A stretch of DNA of 64,000 nt from Pyrinomonadaceae bacterium (GCA_041747575.1 JBGTEX010000034.1:1560-65559); one strand, 5' to 3'. Positions 47,766 through 57,046 are shown, counted from the first letter of the stretch. Made by a program: numbers and translations. The notes: generated from the sequence alone by a model not told the origin.

Positions 47766-47833
47766 CTAAAGTTTCGAAGGTAAAATATTCGATCGGGATT
47801 CCGCATTAAAGGAAAATGCGGCGAGTGCCAACG

Positions 47834-47880
47834 CATAAATGAGGCTGATCTTTCTGATGATAATCCCGGTTCAACAAAAA
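47834..47880. repeat. CATAAATGAGGCTGAT repeat, copy 3 (between lon and engB)
   Basis: CATAAATGAGGCTGATCTTTCTGATGATAATCCCGGTTCAACAAAAA. Confidence 0.65.
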
Positions 47881-47962
47881 TCAGGTTCCTTTCCCGGCCG
47901 AGCTTCGATATTCGGATCAAGAGTGAAAGGATCAAAATAAAGTTTGTCCGATCGTTGGGCTT

Positions 47963-50386
47963 TTATTCAACATTTGCCGTAATCTCCGGCACTAATGTAT
48001 CAGCCGACCATATTTGCGGCGTCAGGAGTTTTTCACTAACCATTCCGTCCTCGAGGGCAAATTTTAATACTTCGTCAATGTAATCGACAATGTGAATCGT
48101 CAGATCGTCACGCACTTCGTCAGGAATATCGACAAGGTCTTTTTCATTTTCCTTTGACAGAATGATCGTCCGCAGCCCGAACCGGTGTGCTGCAAGCAAT
48201 TTCTCCTTTACACCGCCGATCGGCAAAATCTTGCCGCGAAGCGTTATTTCGCCGGTCATCGCCACGTCGTGACGGGCCGGTTTTCGCGTCAGCGCCGACA
48301 CCATAGCCGTCGCCATAGTGATCCCGGCGCTCGGGCCGTCTTTTGGTATGGCACCTTCGGGAACGTGTATATGAAGATCTTTCTCACGAAAATCCGTCGG
48401 ATCGATGCCTAAATCTTCCGCACGTGAGCGAATACATGTCAATGCCGCGCGCGCCGATTCCTGCATAACCTCACCGAGTTTTCCGGTCAGGGTCACTTCG
48501 CCCTTACCCTTGACAAGCGTCGCCTCGATCTGCAAAACATCGCCGCCGACCTCTGTCCAGGCTAAACCGTTGACCAGGCCGATCTCGCTTTTGCGGGCAA
48601 TATCCTGTTTTCGATAGCGGATGACGCCAAGTAATTCCTGCACCTTTTCGGCGTCGATGACAACGCGAAAGTCTTCTTTATCATCGGATGCGACAAATTT
48701 ACGGGCGATCTTTCTGAGACACGAACCGATCTCGCGTTCGAGGTTTCGAACACCGGCCTCACGGGTGTAATGTCTGATCGTTTCCAAAATTCCGTCGTCG
48801 GTAAAAACAATGCGTTCGTACTCGATACCGCTGTTCTCGCATTGTTTTTCGATCAGATGCTGTTTTGCGATCTCGAGCTTTTCGCGTTCGGTGTAGCCCG
48901 ACAAACTCAAAATCTCCAGCCGATCCTGTAAGGCAGGCGGTATCGTGTGCAATACGTTTGCGGTTGCGATAAAGAAAACGTGCGACAGGTCGTAATCAAC
49001 GTCCAAATAATGATCACGAAACGTATTATTCTGCTCCGGGTCAAGGACCTCTAACAACGCCGCGCTTGGGTCGCCGCGGTAATCGCGTCCGAGCTTGTCC
49101 ACTTCGTCGAGCAGAATCACCGGATTTGTTGTCCCGGCTCGTTTCATTAACTGAATTATCTGTCCGGGCATCGAACCGATATACGTTCGTCTGTGTCCGC
49201 GAATTTCCGCCTCGTCATGCACGCCGCCGAGAGCAAGCCGCACAAATTTGCGGCCCGTTGCATTTGCGATCGATTTGCCAAGCGAGGTTTTACCGACACC
49301 CGGAGCACCGACAAAACACAAAATCGTACCCTTCGGGTTTTTTACAAGCTGCCGCACGGCTAAAAATTCGAGAATGCGTTCCTTTATTTTCTCGAGTCCG
49401 TAATGGTCTTCATTTAAGGTCTTTTCCGCCTCGTTGAGGTCTTCGATCTCATCGGAATGCTTGTGCCACGGCACATTTACGAGCCAGTCAAGATAAGTTC
49501 TCGCGACGGTTCCCTCGGCCGACATCGGCGGCATCGTCTCGAGCCTTGAAAATTCCTGCATCGCCTTATCGGTCGCCTCGTCGGTCATACCCGCTTCGAT
49601 GATCTTCTTTTTCAGGTCTTCAAGCTCTGCCTTATCGTCTTTGCGGCCAAGTTCCTTGTGGATGGCCTTTATCTGCTCGTTTAGATAATATTCCCGTTGA
49701 TGTTTATCCATCGCTTTTTTGGTCTGCGAATGGATGTTGCGGTCAAGGTGCCGTTTCTCGATCTCACCTTCAAGCACCTCGACCAGCTTTTGCAAACGCT
49801 CAGAAACCGAAACAGTTTCAAGCAGCAGCTGTTTTTCTTCGACTCCGATCCGCAGATGCGACGACATCGAATCGGCGATCTGTGCACCTGACACGCCGCG
49901 CAAAGACGCATGCAAAGCGTCCGTATAAGCATCCGGTGAAACCCGCAAAAACTGCTCGACAAGCGAGTGTATCTTTTGCAGCAATCCATCGGTACGATAC
50001 CCCGACTCATCCGTCGAGGCCACCCGCCGCACGTGTGCAAAAAACATACCGTCGGCATCCTGATCGATCCGCACCGAACGCCCGCGTTCGCGCCCCTCGA
50101 CGACAACCTTTATCTGGCCGTTGTCCTGCCGCTGCGCCTGTAAAATGCGCCCGAGCGTTCCGACCGGATATATCTGGTTCGCAGCCGGCTCATCGACGGT
50201 CGCGTCATGCTGCGTCGCCAGAAAAATCTGCCGCTCACCAACCATCGCCTGCTCAAGAGCCCTCACGGACGACGGCCGCCCGATCTTAAACGCCACTTTC
50301 GTATAGGGGAAAATAACTACGTCACGAATTGGCACCATCGGAAAACGTTCTATATCCGAAGGCATTTGGTCGGTAAATTCTTGCAT
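47963..50386 (-). CDS. lon: ATP-dependent Lon protease (endopeptidase La)
   Basis: 807 aa. [22 protein letters not shown] and the protease-domain motif [12 protein letters not shown]. Confidence 0.95.
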   Translation of the reverse strand: MQEFTDQMPSDIERFPMVPIRDVVIFPYTKVAFKIGRPSSVRALEQAMVGERQIFLATQHDATVDEPAANQIYPVGTLGRILQAQRQDNGQIKVVVEGRERGRSVRIDQDADGMFFAHVRRVASTDESGYRTDGLLQKIHSLVEQFLRVSPDAYTDALHASLRGVSGAQIADSMSSHLRIGVEEKQLLLETVSVSERLQKLVEVLEGEIEKRHLDRNIHSQTKKAMDKHQREYYLNEQIKAIHKELGRKDDKAELEDLKKKIIEAGMTDEATDKAMQEFSRLETMPPMSAEGTVARTYLDWLVNVPWHKHSDEIEDLNEAEKTLNEDHYGLEKIKERILEFLAVRQLVKNPKGTILCFVGAPGVGKTSLGKSIANATGRKFVRLALGGVHDEAEIRGHRRTYIGSMPGQIIQLMKRAGTTNPVILLDEVDKLGRDYRGDPSAALLEVLDPEQNNTFRDHYLDVDYDLSHVFFIATANVLHTIPPALQDRLEILSLSGYTEREKLEIAKQHLIEKQCENSGIEYERIVFTDDGILETIRHYTREAGVRNLEREIGSCLRKIARKFVASDDKEDFRVVIDAEKVQELLGVIRYRKQDIARKSEIGLVNGLAWTEVGGDVLQIEATLVKGKGEVTLTGKLGEVMQESARAALTCIRSRAEDLGIDPTDFREKDLHIHVPEGAIPKDGPSAGITMATAMVSALTRKPARHDVAMTGEITLRGKILPIGGVKEKLLAAHRFGLRTIILSKENEKDLVDIPDEVRDDLTIHIVDYIDEVLKFALEDGMVSEKLLTPQIWSADTLVPEITANVE

Positions 50387-50561
50387 ACGTTCTGGGAAAA
50401 ACCTCTTATTAATTAAGCATCTACATTTTTTGAGTGGTTTGAATAATTCTATTTACGCAAAAAGCAGACGCAAAAGCAATAGCTGGCCTCATCAATTTAT
50501 TTAGAAAATCATATCTATAAAATTTTATGGTTTTATAAAGGGCGATTACCCTGCGGATTTT

Positions 50562-50587
50562 ACAAAAATAAACCCGGACTCGGGTTT
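50562..50587 (-). terminator. intrinsic terminator downstream of tmk
   Basis: On the minus strand: AAACCCG-AGTC-CGGGTTT followed by ATTTTTG. Confidence 0.6.
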
Positions 50588-50626
50588 AAGGAATTTTAGC
50601 AGAGAAAAAGCACGTAAAAGAGAAAA

Positions 50627-51289
50627 TCAGATTATCGCGGCTTCTTTCTTGTTCGTTTCACTTTCGAGTTTCGCGGTAGCTATCTCGACGACGCGGGCAT
50701 GGATATTTTCGATTGTGTCTGATGCGTCGATTATACGAAATCGATTTGGTTCGCTATTGGCAATGCCGAGATATGCACGGCGGACCCGATCGTAAAACTC
50801 GACCGTTTCCTCATCCATCCTATTTCTTATTGTCTGTGACGGGTCGCGCTCCGACATTCTTTTTATAGCTTCTTTGACGGAAATGTCAAAAAACAATGTA
50901 AGATCGGGCTTAAGGCCGCCGGTTGCGAGGTCGATCACAGCATTTACTATTTCTACGGCGAAACCGCGTCCGGCTCCTTGATAAGCAAATGTTGCGTCGG
51001 CATAACGGTCGGATATAACAACCTTTCCGTCACGGAGTGAGGGTACGATCAGATGCTCAACATTCTGAGCCCGGTCGGCGGCAAAAGCAAGCAATTCGGC
51101 CATCGGCGCGACAAGTTCGTCGGTTTCAAGAAAAGCTTCGCGCAGACGGCGTCCGAGCGGTGTTCCGCCCGGTTCGCAGGTCGTGACAACATCGACGCCG
51201 CGAGAACGCAAATCATCGACAAGCATCCTCAGTTGGGTCGATTTGCCGCTGCCGTCGACGCCTTCGAATGTGATGAACGTTCCCTTCAA
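50627..51289 (-). CDS. tmk: dTMP (thymidylate) kinase
   Basis: 220 aa. GTFITFEGVDGSGKST P-loop. TTG start that overlaps the hfq stop codon. Confidence 0.9.
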   Translation of the reverse strand: MKGTFITFEGVDGSGKSTQLRMLVDDLRSRGVDVVTTCEPGGTPLGRRLREAFLETDELVAPMAELLAFAADRAQNVEHLIVPSLRDGKVVISDRYADATFAYQGAGRGFAVEIVNAVIDLATGGLKPDLTLFFDISVKEAIKRMSERDPSQTIRNRMDEETVEFYDRVRRAYLGIANSEPNRFRIIDASDTIENIHARVVEIATAKLESETNKKEAAII

Positions 51290-51519
51290 GACGGTTCTGA
51301 TGTGTGCGGGCGCCGGTCCTGAGAGATCGATGAAATTGCGTGCTTGAAGATCAAAGTATCTGGACCGCCAACGTCGAGCAGCACCGAAAATTTATCAAAA
51401 CTCTTTATGCGCCCCGAGAGTGTTGCCCCCTGTAAAAGATGGATTACCACACCGGCCCTTTCGCGTCGAGCCGAGTTTAAAAAAGCATCCTGAATGTTTT
51501 GAGCAGCCTGTTTTTCCAT
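51286..51519 (-). CDS. hfq: RNA chaperone Hfq
   Basis: 77 aa. QDAFLNSARRERAGVVIHLLQGATLSGRIKSFDKFSVLLDVGG...IFKHAISSI (Sm1/Sm2). Confidence 0.9.
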   Translation of the reverse strand: MEKQAAQNIQDAFLNSARRERAGVVIHLLQGATLSGRIKSFDKFSVLLDVGGPDTLIFKHAISSISQDRRPHTSEPS

Positions 51520-51632
51520 AACGAATCCTCGATTCTAATAAAATACAATGGGACAGCGTCCCGAATATAAGAAGTTACAATGGAAGCTAATTCCAATTAT
51601 ACCTAATTTTGGCTGTACGACAATGATTTATA

Positions 51633-52574
51633 TCAACTCTCGGAAATCAGTTTAAAAAGCTCGCCTCTGACGGCCTCATCGTCGCCAAAACCGTTCAGCC
51701 AGGTCACAGCCGCCTCACGTCGAAACCATGTCAACTGGCGTTTTGCGTAATTGCGAACATCCTGTTTTGACTGTTCGATCGCGGAATCGAGCTTGCGTTC
51801 GCCGCGTAAATATTCGCAGACCCGTCGATATGCGTGTGCTCCAAGAGCGTTCCCGTTTTCGTCTGTGCCGGCCGCGAGCAAATATTTAACCTCTTCGACA
51901 AGCCCGGACGCGAAATGATTTTCGGTTCTGAGATTTATCTTTTCGTAAAGTTTGTCACGCGGCGGATTAAGGACGAAAAGACGTATTCGCTCAGCAAATT
52001 CGGGCGGCTTAGCCCGGTTTGGCTGTTGCTCCGAAAGCCGCTCGCCGGTCTGAAAATAGACCTCAAGTGCCCGCATAACCCTAACATAGTCGCGGGGCGG
52101 CAATCGCAAAGCCGCGTCAGGGTCAAAACGGCCGAGCATGGCGTACAGGTATTCGGTGCCTCGTTTTTTTTTAATGGAACGAAGCCGTTCGCGCAGCGAT
52201 TTATCAGTTTTAGGGCTGTCGAAAAGTGGCTGCCGGAGAGTTCGAAGGTAAAATCCCGTCCCTCCGACAAAGATCGGGATATGACCGCGGGATTCTATCT
52301 CGGCTATTTTTTCCGCTGCGTCCGCCGCCCAATCAGCCGCTGTGTAATCCACGTTTGGATCGACATAATCGATCAGATGATGCGGTACGCCGCGTTTTTC
52401 TTCGTCGGCCGGTTTTGCGGTGGCGATCTGAATCCCTCTGTAAATCTGAACCGAATCACAATTGATGATCTCGCCGCCCACACGCAAAGCAAGCTCGACT
52501 CCAAGTGCGGTCTTCCCAGACGCGGTCGGGCCGGCGATAGCGTAAATCGGTTTCTCGTTTTTTTTAACACTCAC
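51633..52574 (-). CDS. miaA: tRNA dimethylallyltransferase
   Basis: 313 aa. IAGPTASGKTALGVELA, and DSVQIYRGIQIATAKP. Confidence 0.9.
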   Translation of the reverse strand: MSVKKNEKPIYAIAGPTASGKTALGVELALRVGGEIINCDSVQIYRGIQIATAKPADEEKRGVPHHLIDYVDPNVDYTAADWAADAAEKIAEIESRGHIPIFVGGTGFYLRTLRQPLFDSPKTDKSLRERLRSIKKKRGTEYLYAMLGRFDPDAALRLPPRDYVRVMRALEVYFQTGERLSEQQPNRAKPPEFAERIRLFVLNPPRDKLYEKINLRTENHFASGLVEEVKYLLAAGTDENGNALGAHAYRRVCEYLRGERKLDSAIEQSKQDVRNYAKRQLTWFRREAAVTWLNGFGDDEAVRGELFKLISES

Positions 52575-52831
52575 TTTTCAAGAAGTAGAAATAATACAGA
52601 CAAAACACAGACATTTTGGTATCAGAATGGTGCTGATTAATTTAACAACATCCCTCTGAGCTAATCCCCGGCTAAATATGCTTTTAATAGTCCCGCGGCT
52701 ATTATTAAGACAAGTACGATGATCGAGCCGATGATCTGTTTGCGGGAAAATTTCATCCTGATGGGCCGCCCAGACGTCAACTATCGCAATCACGCCGTTC
52801 GCCGTCCTTCGACCTTAACCAGAATATTGTC

Positions 52832-52839
52832 ACAAGCGA
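52832..52839. repeat. target-site duplication, left copy (ACAAGCGA)
   Basis: An 8-bp direct repeat immediately outside the left terminal inverted repeat, identical to 56145..56152. Confidence 0.8.
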
Positions 52840-52864
52840 GGTAGTGTCTTAAAGTTGTGGTGCT
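52840..52864 (+). repeat. left terminal inverted repeat (IRL)
   Basis: GGTAGTGTCTTAAAGTTGTGGTGCT. It begins GGTAGTG, reminiscent of the GGT(A/G)ATG termini of IS1 (from memory). Confidence 0.85.
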
Positions 52865-52915
52865 GGCCTCGAATAAGTTCTAGCCTTTCGTTTCGGCCTA
52901 TGTTAGCTTTTAACT

Positions 52916-53113
52916 ATGCCATATCGTAAACCCGAATATGACGAAGACGGTGAAGTTTTTTCGATAGCGAAGAGTATTTTTGACGAGATAGTCGAAGAAA
53001 CTGAAAGGGAAGGTTTTGGAGTGATCGTCGCGCCGGAATATTCGGACAACTCTGAAAGTTGCGAATCGGATACCGACCAACGCCCGCCTCTCAATAATTA
53101 CGCAAATCTATAA
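52916..53113 (+). CDS. small, highly acidic hypothetical protein inside the transposon
   Basis: 65 aa: MPYRKPEYDEDGEVFSIAKSIFDEIVEETEREGFGVIVAPEYSDNSESCESDTDQRPPLNNYANL. 17 Asp/Glu against 5 Arg/Lys. It is convergent with the 3' end of the methyltransferase-fusion gene and overlaps it by 16 nt. Confidence 0.4.
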   Translation: MPYRKPEYDEDGEVFSIAKSIFDEIVEETEREGFGVIVAPEYSDNSESCESDTDQRPPLNNYANL

Positions 53114-55677
53114 TCATCGGCGTGAATCATCGCGCGTAAATGAATCTGAAATCCTACCGAATCGGCGATGGCTTTACTTCGCTTATCTCCAAGCGGAAAC
53201 GGTATCTGAAAATGCTGTCTCCACGCGGCTAATTTCAATTCAGGCTGGCTAGCAGTTTGGGCGAGATAATAGATTTGCTTACGGCAATGCTCACTCCGTA
53301 ATGCGTACCACAGTAAATGCCCTTCTTCTTCCGTTCTAGGCTTAATCACGATGAAACCGGACGTGCAGATTGCTCCCGAAAATTCTTCGGGAACCAAAAC
53401 CACCGTTCCGCGCGAGCTGTTGTTGATCGCGACCAAAATATCGCCCGTTTCAACTTGGTACTCGCCTCTTGACGGCAATTCATCGAACCAACCTTCAATA
53501 AAGCTGGTTATAAGACCGTATCGTGTTACATCGCTTATCTCGACATACCGTAACTTTCGGTCGGAATCTCTCAGTTCCTGCTTCGTTTTCGCGCTAATTT
53601 TATTTCGTAAGACAAACGCGGAACCCAGCTTAATTTCAATATCGCTGGCGGCTAAGGCGTCCAACTTCTGCCAGACACCTAACAGTTCCGGCGCATAGAA
53701 AAAGGCGTCCAGCCGTTCGACAGATAGCTTATCCGGTGCGGTCAACCAGACCTGTTCCGGGCATTCGAGATTTTCATCGGGGTCTTGGTTTGCTTTTACC
53801 AACGGAACAAGGACGCCGGTTCGCTTCCATTCGAAATAATAGTTCAATATTTCGGTGAGGTTGTTACGTTCCGGCGTGTCTTTTAGTGCGTTATCATGCC
53901 CGATATTATTACTTATCGACATGAAAACATGGCCTTGCGACTCGGAATCATTTACTTTCTTTCGTAAATGGACAACGGACGTCTTAATATTAGCTTTCGC
54001 CTTAAAAAATGCGTTAAACGGCATCGAATGGACGCCTAAAAGGACAAACTTATTCATTAGCCATTGCCGGATATTAACTTGCCGGGAACCATTCAAAACC
54101 GTATCGTCGATAACGATCAGCATTTCACCGCCCGGAGCTAACAAGTTGTAATACCGTTGCAGAAAAAGCACGTTTGATTTCACCGAAGCCATTCCGTCGG
54201 CAATCGACAATTGCTTTAATATCGCCTTTTCATCTTCATTTTCGGCGCTGTACGTCATGCTAAAAGGCGGGTTGGTCAGAACCAGTTGAAAGGTATTCGG
54301 CTTGATTTTATCGGCGTGATCTAAGACTTCGGCTTGTCGCTCATTGGACATATCGTCAGTTTTTGCCGGAACCGCATCCAATCCGTCACCTTGGAAAATA
54401 TGACTTCCGCCGTCGCCGTGAAGATACATATTTATGCGCGCGATGCGGCTCACCCGCTCGTTTGCTTCGATGCCAAATAAACAAGAATTTTTTATATCCT
54501 CTTCGATTTGTGCCTTTTCGACATTGGTAAATCGGGAATCATTCCGAAGTTTAGCTAACAAATACGCCATTATTTCAATCAAGAATCCGGCGGTTCCGCA
54601 GCAGCCATCAATTGCCCGTGGCGGGTGAGCCGTGTCTTGATATTTATGCAAGGCGATCCGCGTCATAAAATCGACCAAAGGACGCGGCGTAAAGTATTGC
54701 CCTAACTCTCTACCGCGAACCGCCGCATTAAGAAACACCTCAAACATGCGACCGTTCAAGTCTTCATCTATTGAGCTTAGATTTATATGCTCGAACCGTT
54801 TTATCAGTTCTCGCGTTGTCGCGGCACTTAGGTTAAAGGTTTCGTTTTTCTCGAAAATTCGTTTCTTTCGTTGAGAAGGAATATCAGCAGTAATAGCCGT
54901 TTCGAGATCGTCGCGAAGTTTTGTAAACAATACGTCGCGAACTGGATGTTTAGAGGTTTCGGCGCTGGCATCGAGCCAAGCAACCGTGAGCGGTAACTGG
55001 TATGGCTGTAGAATTTGGTACGATTCTTCCCGCCGTTTGTCCTCTCGAATTTTTATAAAAATGAATTTACAAAACTCAAAGAAGGCATCCGCCGGGGCCA
55101 GCTTTTCTTTCTTCCAAATTAATTGATGGCACGTCGAAAAAAGTGTGTTTAACCTGTCAGGGGTGATCGTTTCAAAAGCCAATCCGCCGCCGACCAATTC
55201 AACGCTGGTAACGTGCTTAATGTATGTCCGTAAGGACACGTAAGGCGGCGCCCCGCTCACAAAATCCGACAGTTGAAGGGTGAGCACCGGATTATCGCTA
55301 TCGTGCTTATACAGCGATGTTACGTGCCCATTGGTTATCAGTAGCCACTGAATTTTTTCATTATCACGTTTATCTCGATTGTAACTAAGCGCGTAACTAG
55401 CGGCTTGTCCCCAAGCATTCGGAACGGATTCGTCGGGACGTTTCGTCTCGACTACGACCTTTGCGGTCTTTATTTGACTTAACAGCAAAAAGTCAACTTC
55501 AATTGTTGTTGTTTTTCGACCGGAATTAACGATCAGAGCGGGAAGCTGTCCTTTAGGAATAACTGCGGTCGCGGGATAACCCAGATCGTGAAACAGAGGC
55601 GCGAGTAATCGGGTTTCCACCTCAGCTTCGGAAGCTAAATCTCTACTATCTAGTCCGAAAAGAGTGCTATACGCCAT
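53098..55677 (-). CDS. single-chain restriction-modification enzyme candidate (Type IIG-like): N-terminal HsdR_N/PD-(D/E)xK nuclease + gamma-class N6-adenine DNA methyltransferase + HsdS-like target recognition domain
   Basis: Track ORF 53098..55713; I prefer ATG 55677 (MAYSTLFGLD). Nuclease-like IEVDFLLL...VVVETKRPDE...QAASYAL. Methyltransferase motifs GQYFTPRPLVDFM, AIDGCCGTAGFLIE (motif I) and LVLTNPPFSM (motif IV, NPPF). TRD-like RYVEISDV...GDILVAINNS...ICTSGFIVIKP...LLWYALRSE...QPELK. Confidence 0.75.
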   Translation of the reverse strand: MAYSTLFGLDSRDLASEAEVETRLLAPLFHDLGYPATAVIPKGQLPALIVNSGRKTTTIEVDFLLLSQIKTAKVVVETKRPDESVPNAWGQAASYALSYNRDKRDNEKIQWLLITNGHVTSLYKHDSDNPVLTLQLSDFVSGAPPYVSLRTYIKHVTSVELVGGGLAFETITPDRLNTLFSTCHQLIWKKEKLAPADAFFEFCKFIFIKIREDKRREESYQILQPYQLPLTVAWLDASAETSKHPVRDVLFTKLRDDLETAITADIPSQRKKRIFEKNETFNLSAATTRELIKRFEHINLSSIDEDLNGRMFEVFLNAAVRGRELGQYFTPRPLVDFMTRIALHKYQDTAHPPRAIDGCCGTAGFLIEIMAYLLAKLRNDSRFTNVEKAQIEEDIKNSCLFGIEANERVSRIARINMYLHGDGGSHIFQGDGLDAVPAKTDDMSNERQAEVLDHADKIKPNTFQLVLTNPPFSMTYSAENEDEKAILKQLSIADGMASVKSNVLFLQRYYNLLAPGGEMLIVIDDTVLNGSRQVNIRQWLMNKFVLLGVHSMPFNAFFKAKANIKTSVVHLRKKVNDSESQGHVFMSISNNIGHDNALKDTPERNNLTEILNYYFEWKRTGVLVPLVKANQDPDENLECPEQVWLTAPDKLSVERLDAFFYAPELLGVWQKLDALAASDIEIKLGSAFVLRNKISAKTKQELRDSDRKLRYVEISDVTRYGLITSFIEGWFDELPSRGEYQVETGDILVAINNSSRGTVVLVPEEFSGAICTSGFIVIKPRTEEEGHLLWYALRSEHCRKQIYYLAQTASQPELKLAAWRQHFQIPFPLGDKRSKAIADSVGFQIHLRAMIHADDYRFA

Positions 55678-55787
55678 AGCACAATTTATACAGAGAACCA
55701 AAAGAAAACACAAACCTGAAATTTACTTTTCCTTTGGGGTCTTTGGAAGCTGTCTAGGCTTGTTCCAATTACGGACAAGTCATTAAG

Positions 55788-56135
55788 ATGTACGGAACGC
55801 CTACCCCGAATGACGTTCGTTATTCCCCAGCGGAATGTGTCGGCGCTAAAAAGCGAACAGTTTCCGGTAAGCCGGTTGTAGAAATGATCTCGACTTCACA
55901 CGTTGAAAGACAAAATCTCACGATGCGTATGTCCATGCGTCGTTTCACCCGTTTGACCAATGGTTTTTCGAAAAAGTGGGAAAATCTGAATTACATGCTC
56001 GCGATCTATTTCGTTTACTATAACTTTTGCCGCTCGCACAAAACGTTGCATGATGCGACCCCAGCTATGGCCGCGAACCTAACAAAGACGATTTGGAGCC
56101 TGAAAGACATTTTGGGAGTAGCACCACAACTTTAA
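55788..56135 (+). pseudogene. IS1-family-like DDE transposase, C-terminal 115-aa fragment
   Basis: ...ISTSHVERQNLTMRMSMRRFTRLTNGFSKKWENLNYMLAIYFVYYNFCRSHKTLHDATPAMAA... matches the IS1-type C-terminal pattern (E of DDE in ERxNL, then R..RL...FSKK). The frame is closed by TAG at 55755. No zinc-finger/HTH or first two catalytic Asp regions are present. The stop codon at 56133..56135 lies inside IRR. Confidence 0.6.
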
Positions 56136-56144
56136 GACACTACC
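56120..56144 (-). repeat. right terminal inverted repeat (IRR)
   Basis: AGCACCACAACTTTAAGACACTACC is the exact reverse complement of IRL. Confidence 0.85.
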
Positions 56145-56152
56145 ACAAGCGA
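56145..56152. repeat. target-site duplication, right copy (ACAAGCGA)
   Basis: Immediately outside IRR and identical to 52832..52839. Confidence 0.8.
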
Positions 56153-56328
56153 AACGCGGTTGAAAATTAACTGACGAATAAGTAAAATATTACACATTCG
56201 AAAAACCTTGATTCGAAGAATTATAGTAAAGACGGTATGAGATTAGACATAGACGGTCTTAATGAGGCAGAGCTGATCGACCTGAATATATTCGTGAACC
56301 ATACCAACCCGGCATACGTTAGAATGAA

Positions 56329-56631
56329 ATGACGAATACAGACATCACAACGCCGGCGTGGCTGCTCGAAGGCATTACAGGCAGCACTCCGGGTACTCTC
56401 CAATTAACAAATGGCCGTTTGCGATTTGCCATTGACGGACAGACTGTTTTTGATGTTCCGCTTGAGCAAATATCTGACATAAATTTTCCCTGGTATTATT
56501 TTTTGGGCGGCGTTAAATTTAGAATCAGTGCAACGCCTTACCGATTATCATTTTCTGAAGCAGGGGAAAATGGTAATTTTATCGAAGCGCGGCGGGCGGG
56601 CAAACAATGGAAAGCCATTTTGAAGCCTTGA
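56329..56631 (+). CDS. hypothetical protein
   Basis: 100-aa ORF, MTNTDITTPAWLLEGITGSTPGTLQLTNGRLRFAIDGQTVFDVPLEQISDINF... Family not recognised. Confidence 0.45.
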   Translation: MTNTDITTPAWLLEGITGSTPGTLQLTNGRLRFAIDGQTVFDVPLEQISDINFPWYYFLGGVKFRISATPYRLSFSEAGENGNFIEARRAGKQWKAILKP

Positions 56632-56677
56632 AAAGGGGAATTTTTGCCCGAACAAAGCCCTTTGGCTCAGGCTAATT

Positions 56678-57046
56678 ATGAGGGCATTCAAGAAAGTAAC
56701 AAGATTGATCTTTGCGATATTACTCACAGCGGCCGGGATAAATCACTTTGTTGATCCGGCGTTTTATGTCTCAATTGTCCCTCCGTATCTGCCGTGGCCA
56801 AAAATAATGGTCGTAGTCAGCGGACTTGCCGAAATTATTCTTGGTATCGCATTGGCTATTCCGGTGCTGACCCGGGCTGCTGCATGGGGCGTGATCGCGC
56901 TGCTGATCGCGGTGCTTCCCGCAAACATCCACATGGCGGCCAATCCTGAGCTATACCCGTCTATCCCGGCTGCCGCGCTTTGGATCAGGCTTCCCATACA
57001 GGGCATTTTAATCATTTGGGCTTTGTGGTACACGCGGGGAAATTGA
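56678..57046 (+). CDS. DoxX-like family membrane protein
   Basis: 122 aa with 4 hydrophobic helices. LLTAAGINHFVDPAFYVSIVPPYLPWP...LLIAVLPANIHMA is a pattern seen in DoxX-like small membrane proteins. Confidence 0.55.
   Translation: MRAFKKVTRLIFAILLTAAGINHFVDPAFYVSIVPPYLPWPKIMVVVSGLAEIILGIALAIPVLTRAAAWGVIALLIAVLPANIHMAANPELYPSIPAAALWIRLPIQGILIIWALWYTRGN

Larger units (their letters stand above)
52840..56144 (+). mobile_element. 3305-bp IS1-like transposon derivative carrying a restriction-modification-type cargo gene (non-autonomous)
   Basis: Perfect 25-bp terminal inverted repeats (GGTAGTGTCTTAAAGTTGTGGTGCT at 52840..52864; reverse complement at 56120..56144) are flanked by the 8-bp direct repeat ACAAGCGA. 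A transposase C-terminal stub ends inside the right repeat. Confidence 0.8.

Noticed and set aside
51834-52640. 268-aa ORF antisense to miaA (similar cases: 45581..46207 antisense to rho, 18302..18928 antisense to the DUF853 3' end, 14642..15184 within hppA)
   Set aside because: All lie opposite strongly conserved genes and have Arg/Ser/Pro-rich, repeat-like composition. They are spurious.
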